Source: a virus (taxonomy: Duplodnaviria; Caudoviricetes). From it: DNA of 64,000 bases. The notes under the pieces were generated by a model, which was not told where the DNA came from, did no database searches, and saw nothing but the letters and a program-made list of their open reading frames with translations. This document shows, piece by piece, positions 1-7,056 of the stretch (the first letter of the stretch is position 1; each line of letters begins with the position of its first letter). The stretch lies in the IMG/VR virus record IMGVR_UViG_3300008116_000002; one strand, written 5' to 3'. Made by a program: the position numbers and the translations under genes.

Positions 1-177
1 AGACACGTAGAAATACATTTGGATATTAACCCAGATGAAAAACATAACAGTAGTATTGTGATTCAGCAAGCAGTTGGTTATATCAAAGGTATGTGTAATG
101 TGGTACCTATGGTTAAACCAAAAGCATTTGCCGCAAGTTATGCAGCAGATAGACTTAAAGAATTGCTTGCAGCATGA
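1..177 (+). CDS. 3' end of a YkuK/DUF458-like (RNase H-like) protein, truncated by window edge
   Basis: Frame 1 open to TGA 175-177: RHVEIHLDINPDEKHNSSIVIQQAVGYIKG...KPKAFAASYAAD, resembling the EIHxDI...KP...AAD C-terminus of YkuK-like proteins. Confidence 0.55.
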   Translation, partial: RHVEIHLDINPDEKHNSSIVIQQAVGYIKGMCNVVPMVKPKAFAASYAADRLKELLAA

Positions 178-182
178 AATTC

Positions 183-256
183 GCCCTCTTAGTTAAATGG
201 TATAACAGTTGATTTGTAATCATCTATTGGCAGTTCGATTCTGTCAGAGGGCACCA
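183..256 (+). tRNA. tRNA-Thr(UGU)
   Basis: Acceptor GCCCTCT/AGAGGGC, anticodon loop TT-TGT-AA, T-loop GTTCGATT, encoded CCA. Confidence 0.93.
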
Positions 257-272
257 TTTTAGAAAGGTCGGT

Positions 273-473
273 ATGTTAGGATTGGAACAGGCAGGTGTAT
301 TTTTAGGAGCAACAATTCTTATTGGCTTTGGTATAGCATTTATTGGAATGGTTGTGATTTTTCTTAATAACATGATTCATAGATTTTGGAAGCCGTTAAA
401 CTGGTTCGGAAAGTATTTTAACTTTAACGAGCCAACCAACCCTGAGCCTCCAAAAACTAAACCTTCATTATAA
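273..473 (+). CDS. small membrane protein
   Basis: 66 aa ORF with RBS (GAAAGG) and one long hydrophobic helix. Confidence 0.6.
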   Translation: MLGLEQAGVFLGATILIGFGIAFIGMVVIFLNNMIHRFWKPLNWFGKYFNFNEPTNPEPPKTKPSL

Positions 474-482
474 GGAGTTTGT

Positions 483-635
483 ATGCAAAAGGAATTACTA
501 AAAGAAAATGGACCTAAGTGTGGTTGTGGTCGTAGCCCAAGTGGGTATTGCATTGGTTGGCATGGACTTTCTGAATCGGAATATAAAGAGCGTTTGGAAC
601 AATACAAGCAAGATCTAGGCGAGAACGACAAATAA
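483..635 (+). CDS. CDGSH-like iron-sulfur mini-protein (50 aa, not in ORF track)
   Basis: RBS TAAGGAG; MQKELLKENGPKCGCGRSPSGYCIGWHGLSESEYKERLEQYKQDLGENDK carries a C-x-C-x2-S-x4-C-x-G-x-H motif. Confidence 0.65.
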   Translation: MQKELLKENGPKCGCGRSPSGYCIGWHGLSESEYKERLEQYKQDLGENDK

Positions 636-645
636 ATAGTTACAT

Positions 646-719
646 GCGGGATTAGTTTAATGGTAAAACGAAAGCCTTCCAAGCTCTAATCATCGGTTCG
701 ATTCCGATATCCCGCTCCA
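646..719 (+). tRNA. tRNA-Gly(UCC)
   Basis: Acceptor GCGGGAT/ATCCCGC, anticodon loop CT-TCC-AA, GTTCGATT, CCA end. Confidence 0.93.
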
Positions 720-723
720 TAAT

Positions 724-1011
724 ATGCGTATTCAAAAAGATGAGACTTACGAGCAATGGTCAGAAAAGGTTCGTCTTTTTGAATATGGAGTTGCACTGCA
801 AAGAATTGCTAAAGGCGACGATATAGATATTGTTTTGGAGTCTATGTCGAAAAAAATTAATCAAAAACTTTTGCATCCTTTGATCGAAAGCATCAAACAA
901 TCATGTCAAATAGATTATGATCCTTTGATCGCAAGAAAAAATTACGAAGAAAATTACTTAGGAAAAGCAAATCCTGTAGCAGATCATATGAATGATGTAG
1001 ACTTCTATTAA
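724..1011 (+). CDS. stand-alone protein resembling the glutamyl-tRNA reductase (HemA) C-terminal dimerisation domain
   Basis: VRLFEYGVALQRIAKGDDIDIVLESMSKKINQKLLHP resembles the HemA C-terminal VR..E..AL..L..G.D...L...L.NKLLH pattern; no catalytic or NADPH domains. Confidence 0.6.
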   Translation: MRIQKDETYEQWSEKVRLFEYGVALQRIAKGDDIDIVLESMSKKINQKLLHPLIESIKQSCQIDYDPLIARKNYEENYLGKANPVADHMNDVDFY

Positions 1012-1041
1012 TCACAAAGACCCCCTTAAACTTTGTGTCTA

Positions 1042-1049
1042 TATAAATA
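1042..1049 (+). promoter_or_regulatory. T4-type late promoter (TATAAATA)
   Basis: Exact TATAAATA 18 nt upstream of the HNH gene start. Confidence 0.65.
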
Positions 1050-1066
1050 GATATAAAGGAGGGTCT

Positions 1067-1495
1067 ATGATAGATATTAATGAATTCATTAAAACTAGTA
1101 AACAAGAACGGCAATCTCATTTATTATTATCTGAAAAATGTATTGAACGTGGGGGAAATTCGACCAATCACAAGGGGGTATTAGCTCAGTATTTGAATAC
1201 CTCTATCCCTTCGGGTAGAATACTTTTATGCCATGCGTGCAACAATGAAAAATGTAGTAATCCAAAACATTTATATTGGGGTACAGACAAAGAAAATATT
1301 ACTGAAGATAATAAAAAATGGAAATCTGTTTGGGAAAGAACCATTGAAAAATATGGATATGAGGAAGCCTGCAGGATAAATTCTCGTAAGCAAATTGGAA
1401 ACAAAAATGGTTCGGGCAATAAAGGTAAATCTAAAACTGAAGAACATAAAAAAAAGATAGCAAAGTCTATTAAAAGCAATTATAATAAGATGTGA
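1067..1495 (+). CDS. HNH (His-Me finger) homing endonuclease with NUMOD3-like tail
   Basis: LCHACNNEKCSNPKHLYWGTDKEN motif; C-terminal KGKSKTEEHKKKIAKS; free-standing between tRNA genes. Confidence 0.8.
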   Translation: MIDINEFIKTSKQERQSHLLLSEKCIERGGNSTNHKGVLAQYLNTSIPSGRILLCHACNNEKCSNPKHLYWGTDKENITEDNKKWKSVWERTIEKYGYEEACRINSRKQIGNKNGSGNKGKSKTEEHKKKIAKSIKSNYNKM

Positions 1496-1505
1496 TGTAT
1501 TTAAT

Positions 1506-1591
1506 GCGAGTGTGGTGGAACGGTATACACTTTGGACTTAAAATCCAACGCCCGTAAGGGATTGAGGGTTCAAATCCCTCCACTCGTACCA
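1506..1591 (+). tRNA. tRNA-Leu(UAA)
   Basis: Acceptor GCGAGTG/CACTCGT, anticodon arm TTGGA-CTTAAAA-TCCAA, long variable arm, CCA. Confidence 0.93.
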
Positions 1592-1622
1592 GTGTTTTAT
1601 ATTTTTATTTTAAGGAGATTGA

Positions 1623-2159
1623 ATGAAAACAGTAGGTGATAAACTTGAATCATTTTCAGTTACCGGTGTTAATCCCGGTAAGGATGATTTCTTTACTATT
1701 ACAGAAAAATCTTTTGAAGGTAAGTGGAAAGTAATTGTTTACTATCCAAAAGATTTTACATTCGTATGCCCAACAGAAATCGTAGCATATGATAAATTGT
1801 TCCAAGACTTTGCAGATCGTGATGCAGTATTGTTGACAGGTTCAACAGATAATGAATTCTGCAAACTAGCATGGCAACGTAGTCATGAAGATCTTTCAAA
1901 GATCAAGCATATTCAATTTGCTGACACCGCACGTGAATGGGGCGTATCTTTGATCGAGCAATTGGGTGTGTTCTACGCACCGGCAGGCGCAGCACTTCGT
2001 GCAACCTTTATCGTTGATCCAGAGAACACCATTCAGCACGTTACCGTAAACAACTTGAACGTTGGTCGTAGCCCAGAAGAAACACTTCGTATTCTTGATG
2101 CGCTACAAACTGGTGAACTATGTGCATGCAATCGCACAATCGGCGGAGAGACTCTATAA
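1623..2159 (+). CDS. ahpC: alkyl hydroperoxide reductase C (2-Cys peroxiredoxin)
   Basis: YPKDFTFVCPTEI peroxidatic motif; ALRATFIVDP; C-terminal GELCACN. Confidence 0.95.
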   Translation: MKTVGDKLESFSVTGVNPGKDDFFTITEKSFEGKWKVIVYYPKDFTFVCPTEIVAYDKLFQDFADRDAVLLTGSTDNEFCKLAWQRSHEDLSKIKHIQFADTAREWGVSLIEQLGVFYAPAGAALRATFIVDPENTIQHVTVNNLNVGRSPEETLRILDALQTGELCACNRTIGGETL

Positions 2160-2677
2160 TGACTGCTTGGGTAGATACACTAAAAGAAGTAAGTATTCCT
2201 GAGTATGCCAAGGATACTAAACTTAATTTAGATGCGGTTATCAAACGTAGTTCACTACCCGCAGAAGAGGCGGAGGCAATTGCTCTTGCAGCTGCCTTTG
2301 CTACAGGTAATAGTAAACTATGGACATGGCTTCACGATCAACTTACAGATCGTAAAGAGGCAGATGCCGCTCTTACCGCAGGCGCAATCATGGCACAAAA
2401 TAATGTATGGTATCCATATGTTGAAATGGCAGATGATGCGAACCTAAAAGGTCTTCCTGCTCAACTTCGTATGAATGCAATTGCAAGCCATGGTGGTACA
2501 ACAAAGGCAAGGTTTGAAGCATATAGTCTTGCAGCAAGTATTGTGGGCAAGTGTCATTTTTGTGTAAAAGCGCATTACGAAACTTTGAAGCAAGAAGGTT
2601 ATACTGTAGAACAATTACGAGACATTGGTCGTATTGCTGCAGTAATGAAAAGTGTTGCAAGTGTTTTAGCTAATTAA
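2159..2677 (+). CDS. ahpD: alkyl hydroperoxide reductase D
   Basis: IPEYAKDTKLNL N-terminus, ASIVGKCHFCVKAH CxxC-x3-H motif; ATG overlaps ahpC stop (TAATG), so start set at 2159. Confidence 0.92.
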   Translation: MTAWVDTLKEVSIPEYAKDTKLNLDAVIKRSSLPAEEAEAIALAAAFATGNSKLWTWLHDQLTDRKEADAALTAGAIMAQNNVWYPYVEMADDANLKGLPAQLRMNAIASHGGTTKARFEAYSLAASIVGKCHFCVKAHYETLKQEGYTVEQLRDIGRIAAVMKSVASVLAN

Positions 2678-2684
2678 AGCACAA

Positions 2685-2761
2685 GGGCCGGAAGCTTAAT
2701 TGGTATAAGCGTCCGACTCATAATCGGGGGACAGTGAGTTCGAGTCTCACCCGGCCCACCA
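2685..2761 (+). tRNA. tRNA with CAU anticodon (probably Ile2, possibly elongator Met)
   Basis: Acceptor GGGCCGG/CCGGCCC, anticodon arm TCCGA-CTCATAA-TCGGG, CCA; paired 1:72 argues against initiator. Confidence 0.88.
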
Positions 2762-2775
2762 TTTAAGGAGAAGTT

Positions 2776-3036
2776 ATGCTAGGTATTATAGAAAATGATC
2801 GTGTAGATAAAGGTAGATATACCTCGCAAGAAGCAGCAAATAAAGTAGGTGGCATTTATAATTTGGTTTTAATTGCAAGTGCCAGAGCACGAGAACTAAA
2901 AAAACATCAATCCGCAGATACTGCAAGAACTATGATTGTTGCGGCACTCGCAGATGTTGAAGATGGTAAGGTAGGTGCAGATTATCTGCGTAGGCATCAA
3001 AAAGATATTGACAAACAATATCGCAAAAGCAAATGA
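2776..3036 (+). CDS. rpoZ: RNA polymerase omega subunit homolog
   Basis: RYTSQEAANKVGGIYNLVLIASARARELK...IVAALADVEDGKVG matches the omega pattern RVTVEDA..KI.NRFDLVL.AA.RARQL...ALREI..G. Confidence 0.8.
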   Translation: MLGIIENDRVDKGRYTSQEAANKVGGIYNLVLIASARARELKKHQSADTARTMIVAALADVEDGKVGADYLRRHQKDIDKQYRKSK

Positions 3037-3047
3037 ACAACTTGTGA

Positions 3048-3076
3048 TAGACTTTTTCCGAAAAGTATATTATAAT
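3048..3076 (+). promoter_or_regulatory. sigma70-type promoter with inverted repeat in spacer
   Basis: TAGACT-N17-TATAAT; ACTTTT-tccg-AAAAGT at 3051-3066. Confidence 0.6.
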
Positions 3077-3123
3077 TGTACTGTAGTTAAATGCTACATT
3101 TTTTTATTTTAATGGAGATCAAT

Positions 3124-3375
3124 ATGTTGAAAGAACGTATTTTGAAAGTACTTAAGTCTGGTCGCCAATACACTCCTGCTCAACTCGCAGGTTTGACTGG
3201 CACTTCTGAGGATTCTATTCGTCCTCGTATCAGCGAGCTTCGTTCTGAAGGCTTCGCAATCTACACTAACAGCACCAAGAATGGCAAGACTGCATATCGC
3301 CTAGGCACTCCTAGTCGTAAGATGGTTGCTGCTGCTTATCATCTTTATGGCAGCGAGGCATTTGCTCGGGTATAA
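3124..3375 (+). CDS. winged helix-turn-helix DNA-binding protein
   Basis: RILKVLKSGRQYTPAQLAGLTGTSEDSIRPRISELRSEGFAI HTH pattern; RBS GGAGA before ATG 3124. Confidence 0.75.
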   Translation: MLKERILKVLKSGRQYTPAQLAGLTGTSEDSIRPRISELRSEGFAIYTNSTKNGKTAYRLGTPSRKMVAAAYHLYGSEAFARV

Positions 3376-3403
3376 TCTAATCCTTATTGCCTAAACTTAT
3401 ATT

Positions 3404-3952
3404 ATGAATATCAATTTTTCCGATCCTTCAGTTAAGAAAGAGATGAACAAACTAGTCGCTGCCAAGCGCAGTGGTCTAGTCAAGTTGACGCAAGATCAGC
3501 TTGAGAGTATCGCCCAATACTCTAAGTGGAAATATGAAGAGAAGAAGGCTTCTTTATCTCCTCAAAAGAAAGCAGCTCTTCGCAAAAAGACTCGTGCAGC
3601 TCACAGAGCTAAAAAAGCAGACCCATCTAAATTCGGAAAGACCGAATACACCGCTCTAAAGACCAGAGCGAAAGAAAAGAATCTGCCATTTGATCTAACT
3701 CCAAGCTTTTTGCAGGATCTCTTTGATACGACAAACGGTGTTTGTCAACAAACAGGTATTCCTTTTGATATGACTTTAGGCACTAAAAAGAATAGAAACC
3801 CGTTGCGGCCTAGCATTGATCGTATATCCTCAGATGGCGGATATACTCAGGACAATGTGCGAGTAGTCCTTACACTGGTAAATATTGCGAAAGCTGATTT
3901 TTCAGATGACGTAGTAAATCTGGTAATTAAGGCCTGGGCTGAAAAAATTTAG
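3404..3952 (+). CDS. putative His-Me finger-type endonuclease
   Basis: C-terminal CQQTGIPF...PSIDRISSDGGYTQDNVRVV...VN typical of phage SIDR-type HNH-like proteins. Confidence 0.55.
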   Translation: MNINFSDPSVKKEMNKLVAAKRSGLVKLTQDQLESIAQYSKWKYEEKKASLSPQKKAALRKKTRAAHRAKKADPSKFGKTEYTALKTRAKEKNLPFDLTPSFLQDLFDTTNGVCQQTGIPFDMTLGTKKNRNPLRPSIDRISSDGGYTQDNVRVVLTLVNIAKADFSDDVVNLVIKAWAEKI

Positions 3953-3967
3953 AGTTAGATCCCCTTG

Positions 3968-3992
3968 GGGCGACGAAAGTCGCCCTTTTTTT
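3968..3992 (+). terminator. intrinsic terminator
   Basis: GGGCGAC-GAAA-GTCGCCC followed by T7. Confidence 0.85.
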
Positions 3993-4009
3993 GTCTCGTA
4001 TTTTCTAGA

Positions 4010-4017
4010 TATAAATA
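4010..4017 (+). promoter_or_regulatory. T4-type late promoter (TATAAATA)
   Basis: Exact motif directly after the terminator, heading the internal-protein-like cluster. Confidence 0.75.
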
Positions 4018-4045
4018 TTATTAAATTAATATTTGGATGGAACTT

Positions 4046-5062
4046 ATGATTCAAGCATTTAAAGAATTCCTCACAGAAGCCAGAGAAACCGGCAAAGCCT
4101 CAGACGCAGAGGGCAAATTGCATGAACTTCTAACCGGTTTTCATTTCAATAAAAAGAAACACGTAGAATCATATCGTGAAGAAGGTCAAACACCTCAAGA
4201 AGTTCACGATAGATTAAAGTCCGAAGTTAGTGCTGCAACTTATGATAGAATTCATAAGCATGCTAATGAAATGGCTAATCATCTACATAACTTTATTAAA
4301 GCATCGGGCTTTAAAGGTAAAGTAGGTAAAACAGCCTGGACATCTCAGACATCGGACATTGAGCATTTTACGGGAAAGAAAGATCCGAATAATGAATCAG
4401 ATCTGATGACTACTTTGGTTCACGGAAAAGGCTCTACTAAACCTGAAGGCACCACTGAGCATATTGGCTTTAGTATGAAATATGCAGATAATGCTCCAAC
4501 ATTAAAAAATAAAACTCCAAAGACAATGGCTGAAAGCTATAACATGGATCATAAAACCTTAGCTGAACCTCACGAAGAACATATGAAAAATGTTAGAGTT
4601 CATCTTCGTGCAGGCGAAAAAACTTCTGCGGCAGAAATGCATAAGAAGTTTAAAGAATTAAAAGGTACAGATAAAGGTAATGCGATAGAAAAAACTTCTA
4701 ACTCTTCTCGTATTGAGATGATCGGTAGACTTCATGATCACCTTGCTAAAATGAATCCGCAAGAATTGCACGATCATATATTGAATCATATTGCAGGACC
4801 AACCAACTCTACTGTTATTATGGCAAGTACCTCAAGCGAAGGTAAACATCATATTCTTGATACCAGAGAGCACTACAAAAAAATATTAGCAGAACATAAA
4901 GATAGTTTATCTGTTAAAAAGGGTACAGGTACAACGATGTCTATTATCGGAAAAGAAGGTAAGCCATTACTAAATTTCCAAGCTGTTAATAAAGGCAGAC
5001 CAACTAAGACACCTGAGTTTATTGCTAAACCTGGTGCAGCTCTAATGAAAACCTCAGTATGA
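4046..5062 (+). CDS. putative internal head protein with PD-(D/E)xK-like nuclease motif
   Basis: Starts MIQAFKEFLTE (alternative ATG 4037); NESDL...IGFSMKY resembles the SD...SxK variant of the PD-(D/E)xK motif. Confidence 0.45.
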   Translation: MIQAFKEFLTEARETGKASDAEGKLHELLTGFHFNKKKHVESYREEGQTPQEVHDRLKSEVSAATYDRIHKHANEMANHLHNFIKASGFKGKVGKTAWTSQTSDIEHFTGKKDPNNESDLMTTLVHGKGSTKPEGTTEHIGFSMKYADNAPTLKNKTPKTMAESYNMDHKTLAEPHEEHMKNVRVHLRAGEKTSAAEMHKKFKELKGTDKGNAIEKTSNSSRIEMIGRLHDHLAKMNPQELHDHILNHIAGPTNSTVIMASTSSEGKHHILDTREHYKKILAEHKDSLSVKKGTGTTMSIIGKEGKPLLNFQAVNKGRPTKTPEFIAKPGAALMKTSV

Positions 5063-6234
5063 AAAACTTTTTATCCTTCCTAGCAGAACAAGTTGCACCC
5101 GAAAAGTCTAAAGCGGTTAAACACCTTTCGCATTTGGGAGGTGAAGCTCATTTCAATAGTAAAGAAGAATCTGAAGCTGATCTAAAACGATTAGAAGATC
5201 TGCACAAATATCTAAAGGGCGACCAATCTACAACTAAAAGTGTGGTGATTAAAGCAGACGGTTCACCTTCATTTGAAATGGGGCATGTCAAAAATCCTGA
5301 AACAGGACAAAGAGAATTTGGTGTAGCATATAAAGGTGCTTCTAAAGGATATGCCTTCAATCAGAAAGACATAGATGAGAAGTTTGGACACTCTGAAGGT
5401 TTACATTCTAAGATGTCTCAGCTATTAGAACACGGCAAAAAAGTTTTAAGTCCATTACATGGAGTCTATCAAGGCGACTTCATGGGCAGTTCTAAGGATG
5501 GTACGATTAAAAAAGAAGGCGATGAGATTACTCATAAAGAGAATTTAATTAAGTATCATTACCCTGCAAATTCAGAAGAAGGTAAGGCAGTAAAGCGAGC
5601 AAAAATTAGTCTATCTTTACACACTCGTATAGATAAAGAACAGCCTGAATATGAAGTAGACACATCTAAATTTTATTCTCATCCTGATGTTCATATCTTC
5701 AATAACAAATTGAACAAAAGAAATCTTAACTATAATTTAGATGATAGAAAAGATTTCGAAAAGCATTACACCAAGGCGATGCAGCATTTTGCCAACATAG
5801 ATAACCATGATGAGTTAATACAAGGTCACAGTCAGCATCTACACACATATATTAATAAAACAGTTAGAACGGGAACCGCACCTTCGCCTGCAGGCTATAA
5901 GAAACATTTAGATACTGTGCTACAAAAAGAAGTAGAAAAAGTAAAGAAGCCTGAGACTAAGATGAAAAAGTTCAACGATAAATTAGCAATGATGCATCAT
6001 GTGGAAACCAATAAACAACAATTCGGCGAACTGTTTAATGCTCACAGAAGTCTTGATAGAGCAAAAAATATTTTGTTAAAGACTTTAGAAAACTCTGGGC
6101 AAAATCAAAAACATACTATTGATGGCCAACATACTAACCCAGAAGGATTTGTTGTTGCATATAAAGATGGCTCTGTAGCAAAGGTGGTAAATAGAAGTAA
6201 AGAAGGATTTTCAGGAAAGAATTTAAATAAATGA
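5059..6234 (+). CDS. putative internal head protein, ATP-dependent ligase-like nucleotidyltransferase
   Basis: Starts MKNFLSFLAE; motifs IKADGSP (I), YQGDFM (III), PEGFVV (IV), AKVVNR (V). Confidence 0.55.
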   Translation: MKNFLSFLAEQVAPEKSKAVKHLSHLGGEAHFNSKEESEADLKRLEDLHKYLKGDQSTTKSVVIKADGSPSFEMGHVKNPETGQREFGVAYKGASKGYAFNQKDIDEKFGHSEGLHSKMSQLLEHGKKVLSPLHGVYQGDFMGSSKDGTIKKEGDEITHKENLIKYHYPANSEEGKAVKRAKISLSLHTRIDKEQPEYEVDTSKFYSHPDVHIFNNKLNKRNLNYNLDDRKDFEKHYTKAMQHFANIDNHDELIQGHSQHLHTYINKTVRTGTAPSPAGYKKHLDTVLQKEVEKVKKPETKMKKFNDKLAMMHHVETNKQQFGELFNAHRSLDRAKNILLKTLENSGQNQKHTIDGQHTNPEGFVVAYKDGSVAKVVNRSKEGFSGKNLNK

Positions 6235-7004
6235 TAAGTTTCAAATCCTACTTAGCTGAAGATACTACCAAGCATACACTTCATGTCTTTGATATAGACG
6301 ACACGCTGTTACATACGACTGCCAAAATACACGTAAGAAATAAAGAAGGTAAAGTAGTAGACACTCTTACCAACCAACAGTTCAACGATCACAAATTGCC
6401 TGCAGGACATAGTTATGACTTTAGTGAATTTAGAAATGCTGCAAAGTTTAGAAAAGAATCTAAACCTATTCATTCTATGATTAACAAAGTTAAGTCCGTA
6501 GCAAGCAAACCCGGTCACCATGTTATATTCAATACCGCAAGAGCAAACTTTGATGATAAGAATACCTTCTTAGGTGCCTTCAAAGATCACGGCATACCTA
6601 TGCATAAAATCCATGTTATCAGAGCAGGCAACATTAATATGGAAGGCCCTCCCGCGGAAAAGAAAGCCGTAGTTATTCATGGCTATATAAAGAAACATAA
6701 GTACAATGATGTACACATGTATGACGATAGCAAAACGAATTTAAGATCGTTTCTATCTTTAAGAAATAAACATCCGAATACAAACTTCCATGCACATCAC
6801 ATTGTTGGTTCGGATGCTAAACGCTTTGTGAATGAAAACTTTGCTGATGGTCGTAACCCAGAAGACAAGGGTGACAGCAAACGCTACAAAGTACCTACTA
6901 AAGCTAGTATTACAACCTTGCGTCGTGTTGCTAAAGAAGGAGGACGTAGAGGACAATTAGCGCATTGGATGGCTAATATGAAGAGCGGTAAACGTAAAGC
7001 CTAG
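6231..7004 (+). CDS. putative internal head protein, HAD-superfamily phosphatase
   Basis: Starts MISFKSYLAE; HVFDIDDTL (DxD motif I), FNTAR (II), MYDDSKTN (IV). Confidence 0.7.
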   Translation: MISFKSYLAEDTTKHTLHVFDIDDTLLHTTAKIHVRNKEGKVVDTLTNQQFNDHKLPAGHSYDFSEFRNAAKFRKESKPIHSMINKVKSVASKPGHHVIFNTARANFDDKNTFLGAFKDHGIPMHKIHVIRAGNINMEGPPAEKKAVVIHGYIKKHKYNDVHMYDDSKTNLRSFLSLRNKHPNTNFHAHHIVGSDAKRFVNENFADGRNPEDKGDSKRYKVPTKASITTLRRVAKEGGRRGQLAHWMANMKSGKRKA

Positions 7005-7056
7005 CATTATTAATAGGGTACATAGCAAAGTATAATTTCGTGTCAATGGAAAGTCA

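Noticed and set aside
377-682. Minus-strand 101-aa ORF and similar short antisense ORFs across the window
   Set aside because: Overlap tRNAs or well-supported plus-strand genes; no recognisable motifs
724-1011. Calling the ORF a functional hemA
   Set aside because: Only 95 aa; lacks the catalytic and NADPH-binding domains
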